Of a stretch of DNA of 64,000 bases, positions 38,601 to 57,400 are shown one piece after another. Under the pieces are notes generated by a model. The model saw only the letters and a list, made by a program, of their open reading frames with translations. It searched no databases and was not told the origin of the DNA. Within the stretch, counting starts at the first letter, position 1; the number at the start of each line of letters is the position of its first letter. Origin of the DNA: Lama guanicoe (Eukaryota); NCBI GenBank assembly GCA_013239625.1, contig MU056029.1, positions 62,001-126,000 on the forward strand. Direction: 5' to 3'. A program made the translations under genes and the position numbers.

Positions 38601-39317
38601 TGATACTCATTCTGGTTTTCATATGCTTGAGTCTTAGAGCAACTTCAGGGACAACCTCCAGAAATGCCTTCTCACCTCACTCCACCAGTGACTGCCATAA
38701 GGGCATCTTTCTGTACCATCTTAGCAGGGGAGGAAGAAGCCTATGTCTTTCAGGACCAAACAGTGCAGTACAGACAGTACAGTAGCAAGAACATTTGCTT
38801 GGAAGCAGATAAGACTGGGAACCTCTGCTTCTTTCTGTAAGAACATTTGGGGCTGTCTCCTCAGATGTAAGATATAAATTCTAGATGTACCTTGCCATGT
38901 TATAACGATTAAGTCAAAGAACGTACCATTTCACAAAAGGTGCTTCAAACAGTGTAGGTAAGTAACATTTCAGAGAGTTCCAAAGAAAGGAGAAACATTC
39001 AGAAGTGGTAGTTCTATTTTCATCATCTTCTAGCCAGCTGTACGCACATTCTAATCAGAATCACTAGAAATACTAGATAATTTATACTTCCAATGCATAA
39101 GAAAACATGCAACTTAGATAAAACACATCATTCAGGAAATAAATCACAAAATTAATACAAAACAGGTGATTATATTACAAATACTCTTCTAGTTTTACAG
39201 ACTGAGAATTTGTGAGTTTACTTATTTGAGAATTAAAACCTAGAGACAAAGGTCTAAAACATACAGCACACAACTCTTTAGTGAATTAAATCTTCCTTTC
39301 AGGAATTAAGCACCTCA

Positions 39318-39733
<416 letters not shown>

Positions 39734-40678
39734 CTATTTCCCGAAGAGAAAACATTCAAGAATATGTTTAAAAATTCAAACTTTACACACACAAAGGAAA
39801 ACACCTATTACAATTTCACAGCTCTCAATGAAAGACAGCACTAAACTGTAAAAAGGCCATGTACGTAACTAATAATATACCCTAAGTTTCCATTTTGATA
39901 CTGTATTAATGAACGAGACTGAATATAGAAGCTGGACCTTGATAAAATCTTGAAGTTCCCTCAATTAGGTACGCAGAGACACTTACACCATCACTTTATA
40001 AAAGCTAACATTTTTAATAGAGTGCAATATACTGGACTTGAGCAAACCAGGAAGCCTCCTGTCTTCTAGAGTATCTGGGAAGCTGCCTACTGCAACCGGC
40101 TCAGCAGAAATGTTGGTGTTTCACTTGACGCATAGCTGCTACGCCAAACTGTAAATGGAAAATACCCCTGTATCCTAACTTAGTGAATACAATATTTTAT
40201 CAACAATCATATTAATATAAACACACACTTCCAAAAAGTTTACTATAGATATTTATCCTAGTTTTCCTTATGTTCTGTGTTAGTCCGGTTTCCGAATGCA
40301 TACTTCTCCAGTCAATAGAAAACACAAAACTGATTTAAAGCGTACTTCTCACAAGGGTATTTAAGGCACACATATTAGTGTGTACATTAAATGCAATTAA
40401 CATTTGGTGATAAGAACCTTAGTTATGAGGTCCCTGTTCCCTTCCCCTCCACAGCCTAATATGAGAAACTCACTGCTTCTTGCTTTACGTACACCACCCT
40501 AGGCCGTGCACTATGGCCTCTTTCTCTAGAAGATGTTTAGTGCCCAACCACATGTTCTCATACCAGCTAATATCCAGGATTTTGAAAACTGTGGCTATTT
40601 CATTTATAAGAACTTGGTTACTTGATTTCTTGGGGTCTTTGTATGGATTATATTAGATACTTCTTTAAAAATTAATTA

Positions 40679-40885
<207 letters not shown>

Positions 40886-41495
40886 CTAACAACCAGAAAA
40901 GAAAAAATTAAAGCTACCACAGAACCACAAAATATGTTTGTATCACTCTTCTTGGGAAAAGATTAAAAAACAAACAAACCAACCTCTTGACAAAAAGAAT
41001 TAAAGCACAGACAGTATCCCTCCTGTCCCCCAATAGTTCACAACACAGAAACTAAAGACAGACTGTCCATCAGCGGCGATGCCCTATTCTCTGCTGAGAA
41101 GCCCCACACCACCTGCTCAGCAGCGCATTTCACACTGTGCTCTGTGAGAACCTCAGAGGTGTCTCAAGGTTAGCGGGGACTGAGTAGAGACACACACACA
41201 GTACCTGTAGCCACCAAACCCTTTACTCAGTGCAGCTCTGATTTAACCTGGCAATCTCATGTGGTTTCATTAAAAAGCAAACAAAACATATTTTTAAGTA
41301 TTCTTTCCAGTACAATCTTTCAAAACCAGCTTGCTGACAGTAATATAAAGAATTTTGAGTTTTGAAGTGTTCATGGTATTTCAGACAGATTAAACAACTT
41401 TATCTTACCAGGTAAATATTAACAAAGGTTCCAAATAAAAGCTTTAAATTTTTTATACAAATTAAACTCTGTCATTTGCTTTTAAATAAAATCTA

Positions 41496-41774
<279 letters not shown>

Positions 41775-43538
41775 TTATTAGGCCGATGAACAATAAAATA
41801 TACACATAAAATATAAAAATAAATATAAAGTAATTACACACGTAAACCTACATGGACTAGATATACAAACTTTTTTTCTCTATTACATTAGCACTTGAAT
41901 ATACATGACTGTTACAAATTGTGGCAAATGTTAGCATATATTTTTAAGAAGCCAAAGAAATAAAGTAATGAGCCATTTTGGTGGCATTTCCCAAGAAGTT
42001 AGGGAAAATATTCATTAAATTCAAGTTCTCTAATCTTCTACTAACACAAATGAAAAGTTAATTTGGATTCATATTTTATTCACTGAATGGTTGAAAACTA
42101 AATGCAAAACAAAAAGAAAAAAGCTATCATACTATCATACTATGTTTCACTTATAAAAACATATTTAATCCACATGGATTGTTTTTAAAAAACAATTTCA
42201 TTAAGAAAAAGTTTGTGTTTTTCCAAAAGTGCACAATGGTGCATGAAGTTTTTCTAGCACCTTCCTAACAAAATAAGATGACACCAAGTACTTAAACTCA
42301 GATAAACTTGATAAACTTAGATTAGCTATTTAATACACACATTAACTGTGAGCCAGTAAGTAAAACAAGTAGCTTTGTATTGTAGTTTCTTTGAGTTTCA
42401 CATGGACTTCACTATGTAAAACCCAAGCTTGGAAACCTTTTTTATATCACAAATATGAATCTGAATAACCGTTACTAAGGCAGATTTATCTTCTTCCCTT
42501 TAAGGGAGTATCCAAGATAAAGGTTAAATGATATTTTAATTGAATTTACAACTTTTTAATTTTTTTACTAAAATGTTTTCCAGTTGCTACTGTGAAACTG
42601 AATAGAAATATTTTAAGAGTTAGGTCTGGAAAAGAGGGGGGATTACCAATAGAACAAACTTTAGGAATCAATACAGCACATAAATCAACTTACAAGATTT
42701 TTAAAAGCTTTAAAAATGTTTCTTCATTTTCACATTTAGTTTAAGTTTAAGGAACTTTAAAATGTCCCTTTGAGCATAAGAACATGAATCAAGCTAGGAA
42801 TTTTTCCTACTCAATTTAATGCTGATGAAATAACATTTTATAGATTATCCAACATATACTTCAATTTCTGTTTATATCCAACTGTTTTTACAGACCTAAG
42901 TTACAACATCCACTGAAGTGCTAAAAACTTCATTTAATTATAAGTATGGTATTAACAGCATCAAGAACAATTAAAAATAATTAATACATTTGAAGAAATA
43001 TAATAAATGTATGTCCTTGGTCTCAAGAGCAATAAACTACAAATTAATCAGAATGTAAATTAAACAGGTCACTGCTTTCATCTGTGTATGAAAATGATAA
43101 TAATCTTCAAGTTCAAGGAGATTCCATTTTGAGCATTTTTTTTTTTAGGTCCCTGGAAGAAAATCACCACAAAAGATGGTTCTTCTAATGTATTTCTTTT
43201 TGATATTTCTACTGCCATCATTTCAACTGCCTTACTATCAAGTGAACTGTTTAATGTATATTTTTTCTTAAAACTATTTCTGCATATAATATGATTATAA
43301 TTTATATCTAATGTTTTGCATTTTTAGATACATCAGAATCTAGAGCTAAAGTTTAGCAAACTTACAAAGCTTCTAAATTAGTTTTCTTTTCTATCTCAAA
43401 AAGGACTTTTATGTATCTAGGTTTACTTTGAACAAACTACATACAAATTACATAGCCTTCTGATTATTAATACACATTAGCTAGAATATATAGTCTTAAC
43501 TATATGTCATGAACTCAAAATTTCTACTTTCATTTACA

Positions 43539-43573
43539 TACGTGTGTGTGTATATACATACACACACGTATTT

Positions 43574-43622
<49 letters not shown>
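43539..43622. repeat. Compound (TG)n/(TA)n/(CA)n microsatellite
   Basis: Alternating purine-pyrimidine tract read directly. Confidence 0.9.
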
Positions 43623-44519
43623 CTATCTCCCAACTAAGAACAATTACAGAAGTCAATTCAATGTACATACTGAGAATCAACAAGCTTTTAAACAGTTTAA
43701 TTCTTAAAGCTTAGAGGAAATGATTGGCAGTTTTCTATGCCACATTCTCCACAATTCTGACGGTGTACCTTCAGAGGAATTATCTTCCTATAATTATTAT
43801 GCATTCAATTTTAAAAGCAAGCAAACCCAGTAACCAAATGGTTATACTGCAGAAATTGACTCAGTTCAGAATTACTCAGTCAAGCACACCGTCCAAGAAG
43901 CTGTCGTCTTTTTCCTTTTTTCTACTTTACTGATGTTGTCTATCAGTGAAATGCAAATTCTCCACTTTAGACAGACATTGTAGAATCAGTTTTTCCCAAA
44001 CTGTGTTCAATGAAAACTCTTCTGGGAAGCAAATACGGTTAGATGTGGGATAGAAAAGGGGTTCTGGAGTTCAAAAAGCTTGGGAAAACATTAACAATAT
44101 TCAGCCCAAGGAATCCTGCAGCAAATAAACCAAATTAACTTATTAACAGCCAAACCTTGAGCATAATACAATTGCAAGACATTCTCAACATTCTTCAGAT
44201 CATTATTCTATGAAACTCTTATTTCAGAAATGCTATGAGTTTGGTGAATATTTTAGACAAAAAGAGCAAAAAAAATCTTCAATTGTTCTAATGTACTGTT
44301 CTAAAGTGATTTCAAGTTCATTCACCTGAGATAATTTCCTATATAAAAATATTTGGCTAAGTAATCTAAATAAGAACTTGAATAAATGAGTGAAGATCCC
44401 AAAAAGCCCACAAATTTAGTCATTATCTCTGGTTCTAGGTAATCCTTACCATAACCTCCTTGTGTTGCTCTTTATAACTGAAAATATTTATGAACCTAGG
44501 TAAACAAATTCTTAATTCA

Positions 44520-44705
<186 letters not shown>

Positions 44706-47700
44706 CTAGTGAGCGAAAAGATAAAGTGAAAAAATGAATGCCAGTATTAGGATGAAAGCAAAATAAAAACAAGGAGAAGCAAAACAAAAACGAGAAGGAC
44801 GGGTAGGGAGCAAGTAAGAGATTTTGCTTTTGATTTGTTTTAAATGGAAACAGGAAGCAAACTGCTAAAAAGTCAGTGAGGGCAAAGGTTCAGCCTCACA
44901 GATAATGGAAAAACAGGACAGAAAAGAAAGTGACATAGAATTCTAAAAGGGTTACTTTCTAACTACTGATTTGTTGTGAAATTAACATATAGCAGAAAAT
45001 GAGACTTAGATTTTCTGTTACTTACGTATATAACGAACCTGAGCGATAAGATGAGGACATGCAGAGAAGTCAAGAGGGCAAAAGTGCCTAAGTGACTACT
45101 CAAATTATTTCAGGAAAAACAATGGCATGTAGTAGTAAAGTCTGACTTCAAAACGGTTCACTAGTTCTTTATGTTTATTAGATTAGAAACTCAAGAATAC
45201 ATTCCTAAATCTATTAAACAATCAATAAAATAATCTCAACTAAGAAAAATATACTGGATAAACAGGGAAACAGTTTATGGTCTTGTAACAGTGCTTAGTA
45301 TAAATTACTACTTTTTAATGGACTCGAATACATTTTATATTCATTGTTTTTGAAAGGAGATGAGACATAAACTTGCTCACATCCTTACTCTTAACTTCTT
45401 ACTAAGTTATCAAACCCTAGCATCAACATTTCTTCAACTATAAATCTTTACCAAATACTTCTTTGTATCTGTAGAAAAGGCATAGCGATTGATCGCAGTT
45501 ACTGTGAGATTAATCATAAAATCAACACTATATTCTAAAGTGAAATATTTATACCACAATCTGTTGTCTTACATACCTGAAATTTACTAACAGCATGCCT
45601 AAATGATCACCCATGTTATTTGCTAAATTGATTTTAAATTTGCCAAAACAGAATATTTAAGGGTACTGAGGTTACTGCAACTGTTCCAACTAGAATTTTT
45701 TAAATGGTTTTGAAGCGATGCAAGTATCATCAGAGTAAGAGTACTGCAGTCAGACCTAATTACTTAGGTAACAGGACTAGTTTGGAATTCTAGTGTGTCT
45801 TTAAGAAGCAAAATAAAATCTCATAAATTCATGATTCAGGCCAGCTGCCCTGGAGCAATGTTTTTCAAGCTGCCAACTGCAATTTATTAGCAGGTAGTGC
45901 AATCCACTTAGTGCAAACCATTGTTGCAGGGAAAAAATCAGAATGCATTCCATATAGTAATGGCATCAACTGTGAAACTTCTTCTTCAGTTATATGTGCA
46001 GGCGGATATGCACATGAATACTGGAACACTATGTAAAATCTCTCTTACTAGGGGTTGCAATCAAAAAAAGTTTGAACAAAGGCCAAAATGATCTCCTGGC
46101 TATCTTCAACTTTTGGATTCTATGAACTTAGAATAGTTAGCTTTAAAGAATGTCTATCCTATACAACAGTGGTCTCTAACATTTACAAAATCATCTTTAT
46201 GCCAAGTTGTATTAAGATCATTTATTTTTGAGACAGTGCTGTGGTAGAACTGAGTCAAATACTCTGTACTAGTCCCCAGCTGTCACTTAACATAATTTTT
46301 AACCTTTAAACTTCAGCAAGCAACTCACTTAAGCCTTAGTTTCCTTATCTGCAAAGACAAAAAAAAAAAAAAGATGATAAAGGATAGTACTCTTCCTACT
46401 GCAAAGTTGTGAAGGCTTAATAAGAAAGAATTTATGAGGAAGAGTCCTAGGGTGGGTGACAGATATTAAGGTAACACATCATGTTGTTACCTTTTAAAAC
46501 AACTTTGCTCTGTGAACAAAGGATTCTCAATAGCCTAATCCCAAATTTTGAAAATAACCTTGAAAAAAAAGTAGTTCCAGTTGGAAACCTGTTTCAAGCC
46601 TCAGGATGTAAAGAATTCTGAGAACTAAATTAGAATTACCATTTCTGCTCAGATGTGGTTTACCCATCAGGCCAACATCCCATATTGCCATGAAACCTGC
46701 TAGTTTCCTTTTCTCAGTTCTCCCCTTGCCTAGGTGCTACAGACGGTACATCAATGTCTACATATGTCCTTACCACACAAAGATAAACCTGCTTGTATCA
46801 AGTACAAGGTATTGCAAGGTGGGACAAAGACGATTATCCATTACTTAATTATGTGTCCTAAAGCTCTTCTTCATTAACATTCATAACTGAGTGTTGACTC
46901 CGTATCAGTGTGACTGATAACCTTTTAAAGGATCTGGTACAGTTTCTGCAGGATTCAGAGGCCCCGTGTTTGAGTCTTAGCTCCACCTAAGACACTTCAT
47001 ATGACAAGTGAAGTAAATTTACCTTTATTCTTAATAAATAAAATATTACATGTCTGCCCATTCCCACACATCTTCACTCTCCATTCCCCATCTTGAATAC
47101 CAAAAGAATTTAGTGCAATATGCTTTATTTTTATGATAATTGTAAACAAGTAACTTTATTTCTCTTTGCTTTAGTTTCATCTGTAAAATGAGTATAAAAA
47201 CATATTAATAAGTTTATGTATATGAAGGACTTATATGGATTCCCTGCACAACAATTCTTTATTAAGTACTAGTTCTTCTTATTGTTACTTTTATTTTATT
47301 GGTTCTAAAATTTTTATCGGGCTTGGCTGATAACAACCCAGACATAGAACAAAAATATTCTGGTATTAACAAAACAATAGCACTTAATATGCCAGGGCAC
47401 TTTGCATGTATCAACTCATTAATTCTCACAACTTTATGAGGTTGGTAATATCATTAACCGCCTTTTACAGACGCAATACCTAGCGTAATGAGAATAATGA
47501 AGTAATGAGAGATTCATAAACATATTCAAGTCAGCCAGTGAGGAGCAGAACAGATTCTAATTCAAGCAGCAAGCTCTTAACTACTAAGCATTACGACCTC
47601 TCCTCAATGACTAGAAATAATCTTTTTAAAACCATTGAGTGATTTCCATTTTCTTCTTTATGCTATTTTGTATTTTTCAATCTTTTTTTATAATAAATAT

Positions 47701-50700
47701 ATATTATTTTTAGAATCAGGATGTATTTCAATGTAAGTATTTGTAAAAAGAATGATTAGCAAAATAACTGGCAACTGAATTCTGTGGATGCTAATTTCCC
47801 AATATTATTTATTTTAGATTATCATTCTCAGATACACTAAGTGGTTCTGTAAAATACTGTGTTATGTATGACATCGGTAGCCTATCTTTAAAAAAAAGTA
47901 CTTTTGATTGTGGCGACAAACACTGTTTCATAAAATTTAACAATAATTATTCTGACTAAGGCCATTATTAAGGGGCTATATTTGTTTTTCTTAAAAACAA
48001 CCACTTCCAATCCACTGTTCAATTACAGAATGCGTTAGGAACTAAACAGTAAAGGTGTATCACTTTATGTAATAGACACCACATAAAACTGAATTTTTAA
48101 AATCAAAAGCTATCTTGAATACAGGAGGATATTTTGGAAATTGGAAGGCTATGTCAATGAACATTCTAAAAATGAGAATTTGTATGCTTCCTTGAATTGA
48201 ATTCATTTAGTAAACAGACCTAGATTTTTCTACATAGGTTTTACAGACAGGTTATTAATTTAATATGGAGATTGGCAAAAGACAGATTATTGGGGTAAAA
48301 AAAACAAAAACAGACTGGATGTACTGTCATCTACCTCTTCCTTACATGACTTCCTCTTCTCACTAAGACTCTTCATTTCATCAGTTGTTGGCTAAAACGA
48401 CTTTCAATTTCTGAACTTTAAATTGGCCATGATGAGTAAATACTACAAAGATCATTTTTTGACCTGATCTCAAACCATTCCCAGAATATCTAGATAGGAT
48501 GACACTGCAATATGAAAGTATCACAATGCCATATTTACAAGAGTCAAAAGGAAAACCCCATCCTTAAAAAATCTTACAGTATGCTGGGCTATTATTTATG
48601 TCAAACCTATGTTATTCATAGCTGAAAAAAATTATTCAATGGTATGGGTATTTAAGTAGAAGCAGTATTCAGATAAAACAGATACTTAAGAATGCCTAGG
48701 ATCCCTAAGAATGACTGGCTTAAACTACTCAGTCAACTTAGACTCTATGGTTAAACACTTTGCCATCAAGTACATTAAAACCACTGACTGGAACAGGACT
48801 TTTAGATTATCCAGATGTATTTAATCTTTTTATTTCTCTGCGCCTCTATGTAGATCTACTTAATTCACTTGTTCCACTTTGAAGGACATAAATCAGGCAT
48901 GATTTCACTTAAATTAGGATAAATCTTAAGAAACTATAATGATCACTGCATTAAGCACTACAGTGAATGTATAAATTACAATTAAATACACCTAAAGCAG
49001 CACAGAATAATCTTATTCATAAAGCACTAAATTGTTAAATAAAAGAATCAAGTTTTGTTTCAATAATAACTAAGGTGTCCTCCAAGGAAAATGCTGGCGG
49101 TTGGGTCAGACAGTACTAGTAGAGCCCAGAAAAAATGGGTGACTTTTAGAAGAGACTGAGCACAACCTCTTGGTAGTAGGGCTTGTCATTTGTACCTATC
49201 ACCTTTAATCTTTCTAGTTCGTATTTTTGGACTTTCCTATCCAATTCTACGTCTCAGTCCTTTCTTTTGGTCTTTAGATCTCTACTGAAAATTCTAGGAC
49301 TCCCTGATCAATCTGAATCAAGTCTCACACTACCATCAACCCCTACCCTAAGCCTGCTATCCTCATCATCCTTTTAAAGCCTGCCAGCTCCTGAGCATGT
49401 ACTTGCATATAAAATGGTCTCAATAAATATGTACACATAAACTGTACCAACAGCCATCTCCCAAATGGTGATGTGCAGTCTACCTGGGGCTGTGGGGAGG
49501 GGTGGTACTACCAGAAATACAGATTCCTAGGCTACACACCAGACCTCTAGAAGTAGAACGTTGGATTTTTTTTTTTTTAATAAACCTCCCATTCAGATGT
49601 GAAGGCAGTTTGGGGGACCTCACAGATGGCAACACTGTCTTCTAGGATACTTACTTATACCCTCACTCAATCCCCTAACATAAAAAGTAATTTTAAAACA
49701 AATTTTATATCCTCTTCCCTCGGAGATGACTTGTCTAAGAAAAAATGAAAAATTATCTACTTTTAGAAGAACACATACACAGATAAGTGTTATTAGCAAA
49801 ATACTGTAAAAAAAAACAAAACTCATCACATTAGGGCTGTTTTCACTCAAATGGAAGCTGAGTTCTGAGCTCATTTAATCACTGCACTATTTCCCAAGGA
49901 ACAACAAAAAATAGTGAAAACAAGTCCTAGGGAGAAACAGTTCAGTTATTTAAAGGTGCGCGGGTAGTTCTGGGATATCTGTGGAAAGACAACTTACATT
50001 TTATTATATTTCACTGATTCTTAAAATTTTACTTGTCTTTTTTTTTTAACATCTCTGAAATCAGAATATGCCATAAAATTGATAGCACCTTAAAATGAAA
50101 CGCAATATTCTTCCTTTTTAGCGGAAATAAAACAACTGTGTTCCTACAACCAGAGACTGGTATCTCAGGTTTGATGAAATCCTGGAAACACTGATTCTTC
50201 TATTGTCATCAAAGGCAGTTCCTCTAAAAACTCCAGGCAGGAAACAATTTGCTACTCTAGTTTGATTCACGTGGTACATGAAAGGAATGAATATATTTTT
50301 ATTTTAATTTATTTATTTATTTATTTTATATTTTATTTTTCTTTAAAAATAAATCCATAATTATTAATTGAAGTTACCACCTCTTTCCCTCTCCCTCCAA
50401 GCTAGTCAGTCTTACATGAATAACTGAAAACCAAGACCAAATGGAAAACATACTCAGAGTGACCTGTAACGTAGTCAGCATTTTCTGGGCCTCATTTATA
50501 AACCAATGAGTAGATGAACGCCAAGGCTCCTTTCAGCTCTTGAAGTCTAAGACCCTAAAACCTTAATTATTTAATTATTAATATTGAGCTTGGTGCAAAG
50601 TTTCTCATTTCCTCTTCTCTTCCTGCCCCTACTCTGTAGCTGAAAATTAGCAGGCCATAAGAAAGTGGTCAACAGGTTTATTTTGTTTGTCAAACTGTGA

Positions 50701-53096
50701 TATAAAAGGAAGAATGAAGCTTTAAAACAGCAAAGTAGATCCTTGGGGAATAAGATGTTGAAAACCCATCAGTACTTTAGAGAGTACACCTTACAGGATG
50801 ACCTTAAACTACTTTTTGTTACTCAAATACTATAACCTTTTCATAATCATCATCTGCTATGAATACTTTCCCCGAAATAGGCAGATTATCACTATGACTT
50901 CTAAGACCTATTCTGATTTTTTTTTTTTAACCACCTCACATTGCTATTATGAAAGAAGAAAGGAGGGAGGAGGAAAGGGAGGGAGGAGGAAGAAAGTTAA
51001 GAGCAAAGTCTGTTTAGTGTGTGCCCCCAAGAAGCTCCACAGTGGTCATGATTCATCTTTACAGCCCTAGTGCTTGGCAAAATGCCTCACACAAAGGATT
51101 TCTGAAGTGGTAATATTTAAGTACAGACAGTATATAGTGAATCCTGATTTATGATAGGTCAAATGATAATATTTAGCTTAGAGTTCCTAAGCTGAACTCC
51201 CTAAAAAATAATTTGTTAGCACAATTTAAAAGCTCGCTTATTAATTTTACTCTAACACTTGCTTAAAGAAGTCCTCATAAAACAAAATGGTTGTTTCCTC
51301 AAAATTTTAGATGATAATTTTTAAAACAGTAAAGTAGGCATATAATAGGCATCTAAACTTTTGTTGGTTCTTGGCCTTACTTTTATTAGGGGGGAAAAAT
51401 AGGATGGGATGGGTGGCAGGGGAAGGAACAAGGCTCAGTAGATTTCCGATAAAACAGGTTAAGTAGGTAGACAATTTTTTAAAACTCTGGACTGAATCTT
51501 ACAGAGTAATTCCACTGCTTTTAAAGGTCAGGTATAGCTTTTGCTGGAAACAGATGAAAGGATCCCAACCTAAGAAGCCAAATATAAAATGTGTAGTTTT
51601 GAGATTTGCAGTTCTGCTCTAACAATGGAATTCATAGACAGACCTCAACATGCTTTCCAAAAAGCATCACCACGTCCACATAATTCCTCATCATTCTGCT
51701 GAACTATGGAAAGTAAGTTGCTGGCTGCCTGATGATCAATTATATTATATAAGTACATTAATTATTCAGGAAGCTCAAAACTACAAAGGTAAAATAAAAA
51801 GGGTACCAGAAAGAAAGCAATGATAATTATCTCCTTCCATCTCTGGTGAAAACTGCCTGTGTTGCTTAAATAATGTAGAATCTTTTTTTTAACACTACGA
51901 ACATATTTGGTATCTCAAAAACAAACAAACCCCCCCCCAAAAAAACAGTAACAAAAAATTAAGCACAGAACCTCGGCAGCTTTTACATTTCTGAGATGTC
52001 AAGCTAGTTTACGGTTTTATAAATTCTCAGATTTAGAAAAATTCATTCTAAAAACTAAAATATTTTGAAACAAGTATCACTACTTCCTAGTTATCTGTGT
52101 TACTTTATTAGTACAGAAGACTGACTATATCTTAATTGTAGATGGCATTAAATTTTACTTGAGTTGATGAAAAAAGAACTAGCAATGCTGGGTATATCTA
52201 ATATTATAAAGACAATAAAACCCTGTGATAAAGAATACTATGCAAATGTAACTGTTGGCATGATGTGATTGGCAACTGGTTTCTGTCTTCTGGTCAAGCT
52301 TACATTCTTTAGGGGACACTAAAATTCTTATTTTCTGTGGAGGGAAGAAATGAGCAAAAGGCAACCCATCTGGAGGAAGAGGGCGTCAGAAGGTGAGTCC
52401 TTGTGGTCCCAGTATTCTCTTAGCTTGATCTCCCTGGACTAGGTTGATGATACAAGCACCATTAATTACAAGATTCATGTAAAAGTTTCTGTCTTCCCAG
52501 ATGTTACAACCAACTCCAAGACCCGGAGTAATCCATATATTTAAATGAAAAGAAACTGTCCCAGTCAGGCAGTGCCATTCAGGGACGTTCTGAGTGACAT
52601 GGCAGGAACTCTTACTAGCAGCACGCACCAACCTGCCCGGTCACGTCATCAACCTCACGACTCTCAATGTCACACGATGGAATTTTTGGACACCACTTAT
52701 TATTTTATGGTGTGGTTTTATTCTACCACTCCCCATTAAGACTCGACATTCATACTCATAACTGGGTGTCTCCACAGTCCCCTTGTTCCTGTGCTCTGGA
52801 ACACCCATGCCTCTTCTGAAATAAGACATTTTGGGGGTTGGTTAGTTTTCAAGATTTAGAAAATCTATTCTTTTTCAAAGAGAGTGATCATTACACAAGA
52901 CAACCAATATTTCTGTGGAACACATTCATAAACCTGTACAGGAGCAACAAAAGTATAATACATTTACAATAAAAAAAGTCCATGTGTCTCTATGCTGTAT
53001 AATACCATATATATATTCCCCACCCTCCAAAGAGTCACTTAAAAAATGAATTCCTTGAAATGTATCGCTATTTCCCATCACTCAGGTATCTGTTTA

Positions 53097-54431
<1,335 letters not shown>

Positions 54432-57400
54432 CTAGTGAAAAAATAAGATAGTCAAACATTTTGCACTCAATACCATTTATGATTTACAACCCTGTAAAAC
54501 TATCTAATCTTAGGTTCAGCCAACAATATATGCTTACCCATTTTTTTATGAACTACTCCATAGTAACGACTTTACCCATCCTTTTATATTTTCATTAATA
54601 CATAGCTTTTAATGAGCTCAAACTCTTTTTATAATCATGGTATATATTAACATGCAGCTTTAATTGTAAATATGAAACCAAGCTATCATGTGCTGACTTA
54701 TCACAATAAATACCTCTTATAATCTCGCTTTAAAAAAACATTACTATTCCTCTGAGAGGTTTCTTCCTCATTTCACTACTCTGTTTTCAAATGACTAGGA
54801 AGGCAAAGTTTTAAGAAAGGTTTCTTGAGAGTCCTCTTTTGGAAACAGTTCTTGTCCTAAAATCAGACTAGTTCTTTTTGAGTTTTCCTTTTTAGCTTTT
54901 TTTAGGGTGGCCACTCTGTTTGGCTGAGAGGAATTAATGTACCATTTCCCATAAGCTCTGAAGTTGACAGACACTGCCATCTGCAGCCAAGTATCAGGTT
55001 GGAATAAACTTTACATAGTGACAGGAAATAGTTACAGAGCAATAAAAAATAAGAGTGGGAAGGAGGCAACTTACAAGCAGACAAGTGAAAAACACCACAC
55101 TACGCAGGCACCAAAGCCCATCTCCTCTCCTTCCAGGGCACGGAATTAAGATACATTCCCCCGTCTTTCCTAGCTTTTTGAGACATGTGGTACTTCCAGA
55201 CCAAGGCTTTTCTCCTTCTGGCTAATGGGACGATGTTCCCAGGACGATTCTGAAAACCGTATGTTGAAGATGACAGTACCTCTCTGAATGACTGCATGAA
55301 CCAGAACTTTCTGCCAGTCCACAATATTATGCTGTTAGATGAGCTAGAAATAAATTCCCACTGTTTTTAATAAGCTAGTGTTCTTTCTGGTGCCTAGTCA
55401 ACACTGCAGTCTAGCTGATCCTTACTAGTACAGAAGCCTTTCACTTTCCCATCTTGCCTCAGAGTCTTTTAAACACAAGTAATGACCATCTCCCCACAAG
55501 CTGAAATATTACCATTTTTTTTCAGCTTGCAGTATTTAAATCCATGGGAGTTTTACTATGATTTTCTATCATATCCATTCTTCCCCATAAAGAAATAACA
55601 CCATAAAAGGGAAAAATGACAGGAGGCAATGAAAGGCCAGACTGAATACCAATTTATTACATATTTTCAGAGTTATAATAATGTTAAGTTGAAATTCTAA
55701 TGAAATCACAGAAGAAACAAAGAAAAAGAGAATACTTCAAGGATTTTTTGAGGTTAAAAATCTCTGGAGCCGTGGATTATTGCAGGGGTGAAAGTCTGTT
55801 GCAGTTTGCTGGGATCCATCTTATTTCCCTCCCATGTGTCTTTAAATATCACAGTTGAGCCCTCCCTTTGCCATTATTCTCTTTCAGACAAAACCAGGCA
55901 AACCCATGGCTCTCATTCTCTTTAACAACAAAATTTAAATCTATACATATACTACCTTGATACGAATAAACAGTAAGGTCCAGAGGTTATGGAATGACAT
56001 GGAATGAAACACGTTAGAAAAAGAAAGAAAAACTGCATCTTTCTCACCGAAATATAGAAAATATAAGCACACACACAAAAATGAATTTTAGCATGCTGCT
56101 TTCTTAAACCCCAAGTTTTCGTTTTACTCAAATTTTATTTTATTTTGTGCAGGTTAATCTGAGCTTTCATGATGTTTGATTTCTTTCAAAGAAGGCAGTG
56201 AGTATAGCCACTGAAGTGGAAAACAATGTAAAATATTCAAAGAGTAGTAAATTTCAGTGCTTGGGGACATCATACAACAGACAATTCGTAGACTTATCAG
56301 CTCACACATAAAACTCTCTGGCACTTACCATGTGTTTCAATGAAAAAAAGAAGAAGAAAAAAAACCCTAACAATTTTAAAATTAAAACTAGGTTAGCTAC
56401 AATGCACTCCCTTCTCATGATCTATTATTAAAACAAAAACAAAAAAACCCACCCCATTCTCTCACTTATTATCTGAGATAAGCTTATATAATTTCACCTA
56501 CCAAAGCTAAGAAATATACCTCAGTGACACTATTTTTTCTGTTATGACCTCCACGAATATCAGATGACTGGGATAAAATAAAATGTTTCAACAGTTAACA
56601 ATTTATTGCATATAATAAACAGCATATATGACTGTATTTTAAATGAAAATACAGAAATAAAAATATTTCAATCCCATAGTCAAATAACTTAAAAGGAGTA
56701 AGTGAAGACACCCTTTAAACAGCAGATATTCAAATTTCACTTTAACTCAACCCTAATAGCTAAGGGCAGAGAAAACTCAAAAATCTGAAAGCTCCATGTA
56801 TTTGTGTATTGTGTATTTTTTGTGATCCCTAACAACTATCAAACATGTCTGGCATTACTCAAAGCACTCAAATGTTTGACAGGTAAGACTAACCAATGAC
56901 GCAAAGGGTATGAAACCTCTAATGACCAACAACAGGATCTCATTCTCAGCTAAAAGGGAGAGGGCTATGTTCAATGCTGGGTAATAGCCCAGAGAGTTCT
57001 GTGCCCTGCGATACTACATACCAGTTTAGTTTACACAGATATGGTAACTTAAATCTTCTAACTCCAAAAGAAGTGCTATAATCATTCTGCATCTAAAACG
57101 TGATCTTCTGAAATGGCTCTCTTCCCTCCAGCAGCCCTCTAATATATCTGGGCAGACACTTGAGGCTGGCTAACTCCACATCTATTCACCACCTTTACCC
57201 TGACATGTCACTGTGATAGAAACTGCAAGAACTAAACACTAGTATTCCAATCCTCACTTGCACTTGGGGGATGGCATGTGACACAGGTCTGACAGTGACC
57301 TAAGAGGAAGCCTACTGGTGGAATTCTGAGGGTTTGTATTCCTCATAAATAAAAGCAAACATGACTAGCTCATATTCTGAGTAGGAAAAAAAAACACTTA

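Noticed and set aside
43539..43570. Near-palindrome tacgtgtgtgtg...cacacacgta
   Set aside because: By-product of adjacent TG and CA microsatellites, not a credible miRNA hairpin.
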